NCBI RefSeq assembly: GCF_006345805.1
Contig: NC_042998.1
Span: forward strand, 123,566,001 to 123,630,000
Source of the DNA: Octopus sinensis
Lineage: Eukaryota
DNA: 64,000 bases
Direction: 5' to 3'
This document shows, piece after piece, positions 14,308 to 28,026 of this stretch. A program made the position numbers and the translations under genes. The notes under the pieces are model-generated. The model saw only the letters and a list, made by a program, of their open reading frames with translations. It was not told where the DNA came from and searched no databases. How positions within the stretch are numbered: position 1 is the first letter of the stretch; every line of letters begins with the position of its first letter.

Positions 14308-14360
<53 letters not shown>

Positions 14361-14560
14361 CCAATATCTGCTGAAAATGGTACAAGCACCACACCGATTC
14401 TGTAACTGAGGAGATAATGGAACGATACTTCGCGATGTTTCAGTAAGCACAGACCAGAAAATCAAAGCTATTAAACCATATATTATTGTAAAAGTCCAAA
14501 ATAATAAAATCTGGTTATTGATTGAAATGAGCATAATATCTCGACGTGGTGAAAGAATCA
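12525..14560 (+). mobile_element. R4/Dong-like LINE, internally deleted and pseudogenised (N-terminal region, RT start, RLE fragment)
   Basis: LVYAAATAA, AKAQRIRRYQKRQ, WKAPGHDMIPNFWLKYLTGMH; after a (TAA)n tract, GTILRDVSVSTDQKIKAIKPYIIV..IWLLIEMSI. Confidence 0.8.
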
Positions 14561-14904
14561 TTAAGCTCGCCGGGTGAAGTGCGGAGTCACATTTCGCTCA
14601 TCTTTGCATGTTTTAATCAAATTTCACGGAAGCTGACTTTGCTCATCATTCTTTAGGATTCGATAAATCTGCCGAGCTATCCACACACACACACACACGC
14701 ACATAGTCACACAGAAACGTGCGTGTGTGTACATGTGAGACTATGTGTGCGAGTGTATGTGTGTGTATATATTTTGTATGTAAGTGACTAAATCGATATT
14801 ATTTTCTGTCATTACGGAGACAATGACACATCGATTGAAACTTATGAAAGCAGTACCTTGGCGTGTTTACCGTACCATGATTGACATTAGTCAATTAATA
14901 TAGG

Positions 14905-15100
14905 TCGGTGATTTGACAGAATTGTTAGCACCCCAGATAAAATGCTTAGCGGCATTTCTTCCGTCTTTGCGTTTTTAGTTCCAATTCCGTGGAGGCCGAG
15001 TTTGTCTTCCGTTATCTAGGGTTCGATAAAATAAGTACCGGTTGAGTACTCGACTATTACATCTACCGAAACTGCTAACCGTGTGCAAACATTTGAATCT
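14905..15100 (+). mobile_element. Second tRNA-derived SINE family, diverged
   Basis: gacagaattgttagca..aaatgcttagcggcattt..ttccaattcc..tcgataaaataagtac. Related fragments near 2870-3080, 14570-14670, 27125-27300 and 50880-50960 (-). Confidence 0.6.
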
Positions 15101-15197
15101 TTATTTTATTACTAAACTATTATTATTATTATTATTATTATAAGTAGTAGTAATAGTAGTAATAGTAGTAGTGGTAGTAGTATTAGTAGTCGTAGTA

Positions 15198-15240
<43 letters not shown>

Positions 15241-17269
15241 CAGCAGCAGCAACATTATGATTCGTGCTAGCAGTGTATCAGTAGCAACAAAGTAGACTTA
15301 GTGGCAGTAGTTGCAGGAATAATTGTTGTATTATATCTAATACTAGTAGCAGTGGCACTATTGATGTCCAATCGAAGTTTTCTGTTTGATTTTAAAGCGT
15401 ATACACCACTAAATAGTTTACTCATCTTTTCAAGCTAGTTTTGCTTTCCACAATTAATATGATGTTTCTTAATACACTACACAAGGATTAATTAGTAAGT
15501 TATTATCTACATTTATATGTGTATAAGTATCAATGTAATAATGCTAATTACATATTCTATGGTGCCGACATTAATTTCAAATATTTGTACATCTGATAAA
15601 ACAAATTAATAAAGCAACGCGTGTGCATCTGTGTGTGTCTGTTTGTATGTGAGTGTTTGTGTTAACAGTCCCACACAAAATTTTCATGAACTTTATAGAA
15701 AATCTTATATAGGAGAGACTATTGTCTCCATCTTTCACCAATACATAATTTTAAGCAATTCGTCATGTCATTTCTTATCAAATTTAATACCATATCTTGC
15801 CATATCACGCAGCTAAACTTTTGAACTCTGAAGGAATCATATGAACGTAATTCCATAACATTTAAAAATGCTCTATTGACAGGACAGTTGATACAACTTG
15901 CTTCTACATGTTCTAAGAGCAATTGTAGCACATCATCAGAGCGGTTTATACTGTCTTACAACAAAATATTTATTGTTAGAAAGTTTGGGGCAAAGGGGTC
16001 CAATGTAATAATTCTTGTTTTGATGAATACTGTACGTTATCGTTACGAAGTCAAAGATCGTCAGTAGCTGTCAATCGAGTCCTTCGTCTCAATGCACTCG
16101 TATCATTTCAATCACCATTTAAATGGCATCCCAATAGAATTAAACTGGCTCCAAAGGAGTAGATTTATATTTTATGTTTGACAAGTGAGGGCGGAATATA
16201 CGATTTCTTTTATAAGGGAGCAACTAAGAGCATACAATTTAATTTACATGCCTATTAGTGTCAACTCCATAATAATACGGTGTTAAAATTTTTAGACAAA
16301 TCACTCAAACTTGGCATGCCATTTTGATTGAAAAATTCAATCATTTACTTTCTACACAAAAACAAAATAGAAAAAGAATGCAAATTGAATTTTATTTGAT
16401 TTCTCATACAAGGCGAGTGGTTTATATCTAATCGGTAGTATTGACGGTTGTATATGATAGTTAATGGCATGGTTAATGTTCGAGATGCCAATATTTCTTT
16501 GGAAGAGGATTAAGCATTTCACTCATTCTGTTATAACCATCTCTTCCTCGCTACTTGCTTCAAAAGCTATACTTTGAGTACTGTGTCGGTGCTAATGCTA
16601 TGTACACTAATATCTTAGACCACACCCACAAAAAATATGAATGACTGGCAAAATGTCACTGATCATCATACTACACCTCGTAGTTATGTCTTAAGATATT
16701 TCTTCTAACGGCTTATCAATAAATATGATACCCTGAGACACTTCTAGCTTTCGACTGCCTCATTTTACTGTTGATTATGCATAAATTCTGAAGAAATGTT
16801 TGTCTATCTGAATAGTCAGTCAGGATTTTGGATAAATCCTTATTACCGCTTTCGTTCGTCAAGACAAAATCAAAATAGCGATCTTGATTATGTCTTGAGG
16901 AGTTCGATAAATGAACAAAAGAGCTAATAAAGAGTTATCCCACAATTCTCAATGCCTCATTTTTCTCAATATACAATATCGTTACACAACTTCAAACATG
17001 GGAGTTATGTAAATTAAGATAAAAGCCAGTATAAATTAGTTCGTACACATGTTTCCCCATTGTAGTTATTAGGAACTCAGAACTAGATGTTCCAGGTCAA
17101 TTTGGACGCCCTTGAATGCTCTGTAAGTCATAACGAGTATCAACTGCTAATCACAGTCATCAATTAACCACTATACTAGTACCTGACAGCATAATGATTG
17201 ACAATGTTTAGCACTAAGTCTCACTGTAATATTCGTATATCTAATATTAAAAACACAAAATCTATCTAT

Positions 17270-17375
<106 letters not shown>

Positions 17376-17758
17376 GAATGTCTGTCTGACTGGCTGTCTA
17401 GTTGTGTGTGTGTGTGTGTGTAAAATATATGTTATATTTTGTATTCGATATATAAATTCATTGGTTATAAATAATTGTTTAGCTCTACGCTTGCAGCTTG
17501 GATCTTAACCTGAACCTGATTTTTGCATTTCCAAAGAGTTTAATTCAACCCATCATCAGTGGAATCCAATAATTGCATGAGTCTTAGTTCCACTGTTTAC
17601 TACTTGCTGCTCTTGTACTATAGCTGTGACTTTCTTTGTTTATAGGAATTGGAATTCTTAATATGCACCCGGTGTTATATTGACATTATATGATACATAC
17701 CTCTGAGAGGAAATCTAAAATACAAGCATATCATCCAATTTTGTTTGTGACAAAATGC

Positions 17759-17793
<35 letters not shown>

Positions 17794-17820
17794 CGTATAT
17801 ATATATATATATATATAATA

Positions 17821-17879
<59 letters not shown>

Positions 17880-17882
<3 letters not shown>

Positions 17883-18465
17883 GTTAGAATGTTTGGAGAT
17901 GATGTACAGATATTATGTATTAGAAGAAATAAGGTACTCAGGAATCTAGATGGTTTTATATTTACAGATATTTATTAACGTCACATGTTTGTATAAATCA
18001 AATATTAGCGGCTGCGTCCGCTCTAGTGGAGTCTTCAGATTGAACTTTTTCAGGAAATTTGTCTCTTATTGTAGTATTATTGAGTGCGGGAAGGAGGAGG
18101 GAGATATAAGATAGTACAATAGGATGAAGAATAGGGAAAAGTGAAAGAGAGTGCGCGCGCGCTTTTTTGTATAAGAAAAGAATGTCAATGGAAAAGAGGA
18201 GGAAGAAGGAAGAGAGAAATATGAAAAAATGTGTTGACATCTTTGCAGCTGGTCAGTTCTTTCAATAGGAAGTGATTCTTGGCTTTTAGAAATGGCAAAC
18301 ACAGGTGGCCACTCCAAGGGGGGTAAATGTTATTTTTCAAAAATTTTCTGGATTTCTTTTATCATAGCAGAAACTCCGTGGAATCTCGCATCGTCAGAAT
18401 TCTAACTTCTTTTATTAGCACCGAAAATCTTACACTGCTACAAATCAAACTATCCATACACACAG
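17880..18465 (-). mobile_element. Penelope-like 3' end/pLTR remnant between (TA)n tracts
   Basis: Minus strand gives a decayed NK..IL....STEFLL* (PLE C-terminus LNKRSE..CRH..KFLL) followed by a hammerhead-like remnant. Confidence 0.5.
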
Positions 18466-18561
<96 letters not shown>

Positions 18562-19061
18562 CGCAGTGATGGCTGGATAGATAATTACGTAAATGGATAG
18601 ATAGCTTCACAGATAGATATGGAATGGGCGTAGAAAGTGAAATCGCTGAAATGAATTTTGCTATTTGGTCACGCCCATTTATATTTAATTTCAAATTTGT
18701 GTGTTCAGTTGAAATTCTTCCATTTTCAAACTCAATAATATACGAATTGAAATCGATAAATCGTCTAAAATTATTGAGAGTATGGTCTAATATAGCTGCA
18801 ATAACCAATAAAATAATAAGACACATTTGTTGATTTTAATTAGCAATACGTCTACATACGCATTTGCCTTCAATCATGCCAAGAAGCAGTGGTTCATGGT
18901 CTATCCCCCCCACCCCACTATATTGTAAACTGAAAATGAGATTATAAAAAAGTATATACTGCTGAACTTGGCATGGGAAGTTTCTAAATACTTTCAACTT
19001 TAAAAAATAGAAAAATAACGAAAAAATACCATTATGCGTATTCATTTATTAATTAATCACA

Positions 19062-19226
19062 GGCGTAGGAGTGGCCGTGTGGTAAGTAGCTTGCTTACGA
19101 ACCACATGGTTCCGGGTTCAGTCCCACTGCGTGGCACCTTGGGTAGGTGCCTTCTACTATAGCCTCGGGCCGACCAAAGCCTTATGAGTGGATTTGGTAG
19201 ACGGAAACTGAAAGAAGCCCGTCGTA

Positions 19227-19321
<95 letters not shown>

Positions 19322-19539
19322 GCGTGTTTGCGTGTCTGTGTTTGTCCCCCCGACATCGCTTGACAAACGTTGCTGGTGTGTTTACATCTCCGTAACGTAG
19401 CGGTTCGGCAAAAAAGAGACCGATAAAATAAGTACTAGGCTTACAAAGAATAAGTCCTGGGGTCGATTTGATCGACTAAAGGCGGTGCTCCAGCATGGCC
19501 ACAGTCACATGACTGAAACAAGTGAAAGAGTAAAGAGTA
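19062..19539 (+). mobile_element. Full-length octopus-type tRNA-derived SINE
   Basis: A-box gtggccgtgtggt, B-box ggttcagtccc, internal (TA)n/(TG)n tract, aaagagt tail. Confidence 0.92.
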
Positions 19540-20304
19540 TGTATAACTATATTTTGAAGATATGTGAGAATAGTTATGGGTTTTGTAAAGACTTGAATTA
19601 CGTTATTTTCAAAATATCTGTCTCAATGGGTTTCATTTTTAACATGACTCACTAAATAGCTTTCTCCTTCTACAAACTACATCTCTCACTAGCAAGCTAC
19701 ATGAAACTACATGATGTCATATATACTCCCTCTTCATCTTTCCTTTATCTATTAAAGAATATACTAATAAATATTCAAACCTTATTATGCCATGTGTCTT
19801 CATATTAAGACATGCACAGCAATTAAAGCAATTTCTGCTAGAGTTATTATTAACCGTTGATGATCAAATGGTAATTATCTCGGGTATCCACAGGGTCACA
19901 TTTACTGCACATAATAATTAATAGCATTCCAAAGATAGTAAAACACTTTACAAGCACGCCAAAAGGTTTGAATAAATAATTTTTGAGAAAATATATGGCC
20001 AAAAGAAATTTCAATTGACTTTGAATAGAGTAGAATTAATTAATTAATTATTAATTACAGAATAAGTATGATTAACATAATTAATTATGTAGCATATGAC
20101 AATGACTTGATTGCTTGAACTTTGATTACTCTTCATTTTTGGGAAGATTATTTATGCTAATTGGCTGCTTTTACTCTCGTCGGAATAAGCACCTGCATCG
20201 TTCAAGAAATTACGTGTATGTATGTGTGTATGTGCATGTAGGAATGCTTAAGCATATGTACATGTATATGCATATATAAATGTATATGTGCGTGTGTATA
20301 TATA

Positions 20305-21515
20305 TAATAGAAGTAAATAGTCACGCCATAAAACATCGTTTTATGCTTATTCTAACTTGTAAATGTTTATTTTTCATTAATTGACATTTTAATGTTTCAA
20401 GTTCTATATGTGACTTTAATCATGCCATGTACAAAAATCCTTGGAACTCTCTGTATTTCAAAGAATCCGTACTGTGGGTCATTCTGTAGATGGACATAGC
20501 GCAAAATCGCACAAAACCAAGGCATCCCACTTTCTACAGTTAATAGAGTGATTGTGTAATTCACCAGAGAGAGAAAGTTGTCCACATCACCTCACCCAGA
20601 TCAATCAAGGCCTCTGACAGGACTCTTCTTTTTACTCAGGGAAGTGTGGAGGATAACCCTCGTTGCAAGGACTCTGACATAGCAGAACAAGCTGATGTCA
20701 GTCCCAGAACAGCAGGCAGGTAGCTGCACAAACTTGGTTACTATGACAGAGCAGCAAAAAAGAAGTCGCTTCTTCGACCTGCCAAAATAAAGCCATGAAA
20801 AGATTGGGCCAGTGAGATGGTGGAGAGGCACTAGCATTTTGAGACACTTTCATATTCTCTGATGAGTGCAGATTTGCTGTATGTCCTGACAGTGGTCGAG
20901 TATGGGTCTGGAGACTCTGCGATGAAGAATTGATGTGAAAAGATTGAAGCCAACAATGAAACACGGCAGCTATTCTGTGATGGTCTGGGGAGCAATTTGG
21001 AGCAATGGTTGATCAGAGCTGGTGAAATGTGTGGGAAATATAAAATCAGATAAATATATGTCCATATTGTAGAATGAACTCCTTCCAATTTTCTCCAGTG
21101 GGGAAAAGATTAAAGATATTTATGGAAGATGGGGCTCCTTGTCACACGGCTAAAATGATCCAAGATTTGTTCGGTGAGAAAAATATTAGAAAGCTTCCAT
21201 GGCCAAGCCAGTCACCATGTATGAACCTTATTGAATACATCTAGGACATAATGGACAAGGCACTTAATAAAAAGAACAAAAAAGCATCTTCAACGCAAGA
21301 TATTTTGAGATTACTGCTTGAAACTTGGCAAGAAATTCCGCAAGTGAATATTCGTCATCTGATCAGTAACATGCCAAATATGATTATCATTACGTTGAAA
21401 AATGCAAAGGGAAATATTAAATATTCATATTATAACAATTAATAAATAATTTGGATTTATAATTTCAGATTTAAAGAAAATTTAATGATAGGTGGTGCCT
21501 ATCTACTTCTGTCAT
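20305..21515 (+). mobile_element. Decayed Tc1-like (DD34E) transposon
   Basis: Fragments SDECRFAV..DSGRVWVWR, MEDGAPCHTAK, WPSQSPCMNLIE. Degenerate TIRs agaagtaaatagtcacgcc and ggtgcctatctacttct. Confidence 0.85.
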
Positions 21516-21575
21516 GTGTGTGCGTGCCTGCGTGCCTGCGTGCGCGAGAGTGTGTGCATTTACTTCTGTCATATA

Positions 21576-22847
21576 TCAGGTCATCCCATAAGTTCTGTCC
21601 GAATTTTGAATAAAGGAGACAAGTGATCAAATGTTATATTTAATTGAAATTAATTCATCAATGTACTTTTCCCCGATTATCTATGATTTCCTTCCATCTA
21701 TTTACTAGCTTTTTAATCCCATCAATGTAAAACTCTTTTGGTTTCAAAGCAAAGAACTCTGGAATGTCAGGTTCGACCTCCTCCTGGCTTGCGAAAGTTA
21801 TGTCCCCCATATGATTCTGTAAACTACGAAACAAATGATAGTCTGAAAGAGCAAGGTCGGGTGAATAAGGTGGATGAGGAATTTTTTCCCAAACAAGCTC
21901 TTCGATCTTCTGTGATGTGATCTTTGCAGTGTGGGGTCACGCATTGTTCTGATGAAACATCACCCCTTTTCGATTCACTGAAGCAGGTCTTTTTTTCTTC
22001 AAAGCTTAGTTCAAACGCTCTAATTGCTGAGAGTAGACTTGAGCATTGATTGTTGCATTAGGTAGTAATAATTCAAAGTGAAATACGCCTTTACAATCCG
22101 ACCAGCTAGAGAGAATAGCCATTTTCCCATGAAGATCCTTTCTCGGTTCTGGTTGAGTTTCTTCCCTCTTACCAAACCACTGTTTACGATGTTTGACATT
22201 TCGATAGAAGATCCATTTTTCGTCACTACTCACACGTATATCCAAAAAGGGTGAAATGATTTCGAGATAATAGAGAGAAGAGCACATGTCAATTCGGGAT
22301 TTGCGGTTGCTTTCGGATAATTCATGGGGCACCCATTTTCCAAGTTGTTGAAGATGACGTTGAACAGATGTATAGTTTGAACTAAGCTTTATTGCCAATT
22401 CTTTAACTGATAATGTAGGATTTTCTTCAAGTAATACTTCAAGGAACTTATCATCAAACTCAACTGGACGTCCTGTTCGATCTTCATCTTCAAGGCTGAA
22501 ATCTCCACTTCTGAATTTTGCAAACCATCTCTACAAGTTCTTTCATTCAAGCACTCTTTCTCTCATAAACTGAGTGTATGTTTCGAGTCGCTTCGGCTGC
22601 ACAGTTTCTCTTTTTACACTCATAAATTATTATGTGTCTCAAATGCTTTTTGGATACGTCCATGTTAGAAAGGGTTTTAATGAAAGAAAGTTTAATTCTA
22701 TTATTCTGTAAAATAATATTTAATTAGTTTAAATGTAAACAAATGCATAAAAATAATTTTTAATTCCATTAGACATTCTAAAATATTATTAAATTTCATT
22801 CAATTCTAAAAAAGGTAAAATCGGACAGAACTTATGGAATGACCTGA
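21576..22847 (-). mobile_element. Full-length (1272 bp) mariner (DD34D) element; transposase about 22663-21640 with stops/frameshifts
   Basis: TIR tcaggtcatcccataagttctgtccga / tcggacagaacttatggaatgacctga with TA flanks. Motifs MDVSKKHLRH, WVPHEL, SDEKW, HQNNA*PH, YSPDLALSDY. Confidence 0.95.
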
Positions 22848-22958
22848 TATATATATGTATATGTGTGTTTGTGTTTGTGTATGCATATATGTATATATAT
22901 GTATGTATATATATATATATATTATATATATATATATATATATAATATATATATATAT

Positions 22959-23018
<60 letters not shown>

Positions 23019-23021
23019 ATG

Positions 23022-24995
23022 CACTGGGGAACGTAAACATTGGTGCCTGAGACGTTAGATTCGTCTTTTAGCTACGTTTTGGTCTCTTATTCTAAATATG
23101 CCATTAGGTTTTGTCCATTACCGCTGATTAATGAGATATGATATACCCCTAATTTTAATGCATTCTACCGATCGGATACTATGATTGATGCTTGTAAATC
23201 ATTATTTTTACCTTCTGGATTTATAAAACGAATCCATACACATAAATTTATTTTATTTACAACAAAGAATTAGACAATGAAACAAGCATAGAAAGTTGTC
23301 ATTCATACACTGTTCATTTACTTCTTGCGGTGAGCTGCCATCACGTTGGTATCCCAGTGTCCCTGGTACCTTTCTTCCATGGTTCTTAAATCTTGGTGAA
23401 ATCGTTCACCCTGCTCTTCGCGTAGGTCACCAAAGTCTTTCGGGAAACAATCCAAGTGGCTGCGAAGATAACGCATCTTGATACTCATTGTACAGCCAAG
23501 TTGACGGGAAGATGATGTCATTCTCTGTAATTGCTCATTGTAATTATCTGCTCTATATTTCCAGAAAATATTCTGTACAACCATAGTGAAAGTAGAACAT
23601 GTATCTGCCTCAGCATTGTTCATTGAAACTTTGAAATGTGGATCTTTCATGAGTTTTCTGATTTGCGGACCGTCAAATATACCTGCCTTCAGCCTCCCCA
23701 TGCTCAACGCTGGAAATTGTCTGTAGATGTAGCCAAAGCATCTCTCCTCTACAAACTGTTTCATTAAACCTAATTTGTTCTTGTCAACTAATGGTTCTGA
23801 AATCACGTTCTTTTCGCCTTCTACTATGTTTTCTGTCAGAGACCACTGTTTTTTCACCCAGTGCTCTTCCGCATGTCTACTATCCAATAGAGAGATAAAG
23901 CAGGGATACTTAGTGTATCCACACTGCTGGCTCAGGAGAAATTCACCATCTTTAGAACCTCGCTGGTGATCATCCTATATTTTCTGTGGGATAATTGTGT
24001 TTTGCACTTCAGTCATCTTAGTTCAGTGACCAATTGAGATTAATTCATATTTGATTCCAGTGTGTAGAAGCACACCTTTTAAGCTGTAATTAAAACTGCC
24101 TATGAAGAGCTGTCATTCGCGTGGTAGATATTGAACATTGCTGGAAAAGACAAAATCACTTTCCTCCGAGAAGAACGGCAGAAATCTCTTTCTCTATTTG
24201 ATAGTGTGTGATTTTGGTTTCCGGATGCAATAAATTCTTGTCTGCTAGTCTAGATGCCAACAATTCTGCTTGCTGGTTTCTTTGAGAGATTTAGCTCTCA
24301 AACGAGGTCGTTGACCACTGGCTGATTAAAAACCTGTACCACTGGTGAGGTCCCTTCAAAATCACTGGCATCATGACTACTATTTGCAGGTGACGCACCT
24401 GATTCATCTACTTGAGGGAGCTCTTCTAGATTAATGAATGATGGGACTGATGTTTGCTCTGAGTGTAAAACAAGTCGTTTCTTCGAGTCTAAGGCATCCA
24501 TTTACTCCGATTACGTCCATTAATGCCCTTTATATTAACCAGACAGAAATAACAATCTTCAATGTGATTCCTCTGTACTTTCCACACCATTAGTATATCA
24601 AATTTCAGAAATTTCCTCGTACCATTTGTCTGCTGCTGAGATGCTTAATACAAGTTTTACAGACAATGTACCTACTCCCTATCTTACCTTGGTCCCCTAG
24701 TTTTATTTTGAAATCACTTAAGTATACCCTTTTCACAAAAACAGAAATGGATTTTCTCTTCCCTGAATGTATATTCAAATATTTCTTAAATATAATGCAG
24801 ACAGTCTCTTAATCTATAATACTGCTGTCGGCGGCCAATCCCAGATTTATGTGTGGGCAGCAGAACATTATCTCAAAAGGAAGAGCTGCTTGAAAGAAAT
24901 GTAGTGAATATTCTTATTCGGAGGATTGAATATACCTAAAATAAGGTCTAAAACCTGAGGCACCAAAAAAATCAAATTTTATTTGTTCCCTAGTG
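23022..24995 (-). mobile_element. Chapaev3-like DNA transposon, decayed
   Basis: CAC...GTG termini with TIR similarity (cactggggaac / gttccctagtg; tggtgcct / aggcacca). Motifs KLGLMKQFV, LKAGIFDGPQIRKL, SHLDCFP, EEQGERFHQD, MEERYQG; N-terminal NHIEDCYFC zinc finger near 24545-24570. Confidence 0.8.
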
Positions 24996-26699
24996 TAATG
25001 CATGTATGTATAAAATTACATTGACATACATATATTTACATGGTAATATCACTGGAAAAATAGGCTAGAACCTTGTACCGAAGTACTATTCATAAACAAT
25101 CGATCCCAAAATGTTTTTCTTCCATTTTATAACGAAATGTAAAATAAGGATACCATCGCTAACATAAACGGATTCTTTTTATTATTAATGTACAATTGTT
25201 TTGTTCAAAATAATGCCAAGTGATAAGGTTCCTAAATTCATATCAATAGTCTTTTATATAAATGAACAAAAATGCACTGTAAGATCCATGATGCTAGAAT
25301 CCGTTAAGTATAGCGTTGTAATGATAATTCAGGTGAATTGCTTGTAAAGTGATTCGGGAGAGATAGCAAAGTCACGGTTAAGTAGGAGATTATATGAGAG
25401 TCCAAGAGAAGAGGAAGTTCAATCAAGCACGATCAAACAGGGGTCAATTTCAACACGTGTAACTGTTAATCCAGTCACGTTTTATCTCTTTCCGTTTTTT
25501 CCTCTCTCCATCTACTTTCACTCCTTATGACAAAGTCTCTTCCATTTTTCCTGAGCACCAAATTTACACACCTTGTTTGTTGTTCCCTCATCTGAATCTG
25601 TCGTTTGTAATTTGTTTTTGTACAATTTTGAGCCATATAAAATACCAATTCATTGTTTCGATTTAAAGTTGTTTCAACAATTTCAGTGTTTTGATTGTCA
25701 AGTATGTGTAATTTTGCATTTAAAATCTTTTCAGTCGCATAATCCAAATATATCTGAGGGAATATATTTGTAACATGTTGCATTACGTTTCTAATACCAT
25801 TTAGTTTCGCTACTTCACTCTACGTTATTCCCATTAACTTCACTTCAGATTTCCTCATTTTGAGATGTTGGGAAGCATCACATAAGCTACTATATATTCG
25901 GGAGTATTTAACCATTGCTGCTATTTCAACATTCCATTACAGGAAATAGTCGTTATCAATCACTCTCTCAAAGCGTACTGAACTTCTTTACTTTCTTTGA
26001 ATTTTAAAGCACTGATTCAATAAAGCTAGATTTACTTAAGATCTTTTTCTATGGAAATCCCCAGTGATTTCTTGTTTTTGAGTAATGCAACATAAAGCAC
26101 GATAAAAAAAAACTATGCATTTGCACTTGACATCAGCGGAGCTTCTAACAGTGGAGGCGGTGAGCTATCTAAACGGTCTGCTTTTTGGTCCACTTACTAG
26201 CTACACATGTTTCTTGAAAGTTGTATTGGGAATTTCTTATAAATACCTGTGATAATCCTAGAATACATTCCCAAGAAAACCCTCGGATAGTCTTTTAGAA
26301 ATCAGTAACACACCACAGCTTCTAACACATGTAGTCGATATTTATACCCTCATCCTTTTCATTGAAACAAATAAGGTTACTCTCGCCAATGCTAGCTAGA
26401 TGTATGCCACCTCCACCAGAGCTTTTGAAAAAATATTTGTTAAACATACTATGACTTCCAAGGAATCCACACTGATTTTATACCTAATGCTACTTAGTCC
26501 AGACACTGGAATTCCTTCTTAACCCACATTTTTTCAGCAGCCATTTTCTTAAGAATGTAGCTCTGCTCATGAAAATTATCAATCTCGCTGATGTCGAAGA
26601 ACTTTTGAAAATCGTTAGTACAATCTCCACGCCCGGACCAACCAAGAAAAATAAACGGGAGAAATTAATCAGCTATAAATAAATACAGCATCATGTATG

Positions 26700-26705
26700 T
26701 GTGTA

Positions 26706-26745
<40 letters not shown>

Positions 26746-26850
26746 TGAGAGAGAGAGAGAGTGAGAGAGAGAGAGAGTGAGAGAGAAAGATAGAGTTACA
26801 GCGAGAGAGAGGGATTGAGAGAGCGAGAATGTGACTGTGTGTGTGTACAA
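26700..26850. repeat. (TG)n(GA)n microsatellite
   Basis: Directly visible. Confidence 0.95.
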
Positions 26851-27408
26851 AATTATTTTTTAAAAATTAAGATAGCGTAAAGACAGGCAAGCTGGCTGTA
26901 TTAGGTTTGCGCTCAGGAGAATTAGAAATCTTTAAGGTTCGGACCATACGCTTTAATATAGAAAGAATAGATGAGAAGGGAAGAAAATTGAGAACAAATT
27001 GAGAAGGAAAAAATTGAGAACAAATAAGACATCAGTGTTCATAAAAGATTATTGTTTTCGGAATGATATCACTAAGGAAAAGAACTGCCCAAATTAAGAT
27101 TCTAATATTATACTGTAACCAAATGCGGCGATTAGACAATCGTGATCATGTTGACGAAATGGTCATTGGCTTTTCGTCCGTCCTTACGTTTCTGAATTTA
27201 AATTCCACCAAGGTACACTTTGCATTTCCTCTTTTCGGGGTCGATAAAATAAGCATTGGCGTCGCTGTAATCGATTTAATTTCAAAATTTGAAACCAATA
27301 TCATAGAGTAATAAGATGAGAAATACTTCAAATATTGCAACGAAGTTATTAGTGATTAGTGTTATCCAGATTTTGTCAGATTTGGAAGAGATCCAATAAC
27401 ATATTTAA

Positions 27409-28026
27409 CCTTTCATGGACCTGCGATGTCCCCTAGGGCCCTGGCAAATTTTAAAAGTTATGCAACTTTTACATTTTATATTGAAATGGTTTTATATCTT
27501 ACGACTTTTATTGTCAATAATTTATTTATACACATATAAATTGGAAATTAAAAATTTCCTGTCAAATGGATGTTATAGCATAAAATGGTAATTGGGGTGC
27601 AACTGGACCCAATTGGCCTTCTGTGAAATTATTTTTACTGTTCTTTTTTCAGATATTCTGATAAACTATGAGTCAATTTTCTTATTATTTGCACTGGTAT
27701 AATTCAATATACTAAATAATTTTGTTTTATTTTATATTTAGTTCTGTATGAATAGTTTATAAAACTATAAAAAATGTCGATTTATTTCAATAAAAGTTCT
27801 TTTTTTCAGTCAATAAATTGTATTTTAATTCCCCTCCATTAATAATTACAAATATATATATATATAAAGTGCTAAATTTCTTCTTCTGTATCATGCACTC
27901 ACACTTATATACAAAATTAAACAAATATTACTTTATGGATGGTGCCGAAATGCGCAAAAATAAAGGAGGTCCTTCGGGATCGCGATGACCTTTTCTTTAG
28001 TTCCAACCCCTCCGTCCAACGAAGGG
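27409..28026. mobile_element. piggyBac-type non-autonomous element
   Basis: TTAA on both flanks (27405-27408, 28027-28030); termini cctttcatggac and gtccaacgaaggg. Confidence 0.75.

Noticed and set aside
15700-17200. Possible decayed coding or LINE sequence
   Set aside because: No motif could be read convincingly in any frame.
19062-19140. tRNA-like sequence with A/B boxes
   Set aside because: It is the SINE head; no complete cloverleaf, and it continues into the SINE body.
20859-20870. ctgatga hammerhead core match
   Set aside because: Lies in the Tc1 SDE codons; no stem II, GAAA or stem I partner.
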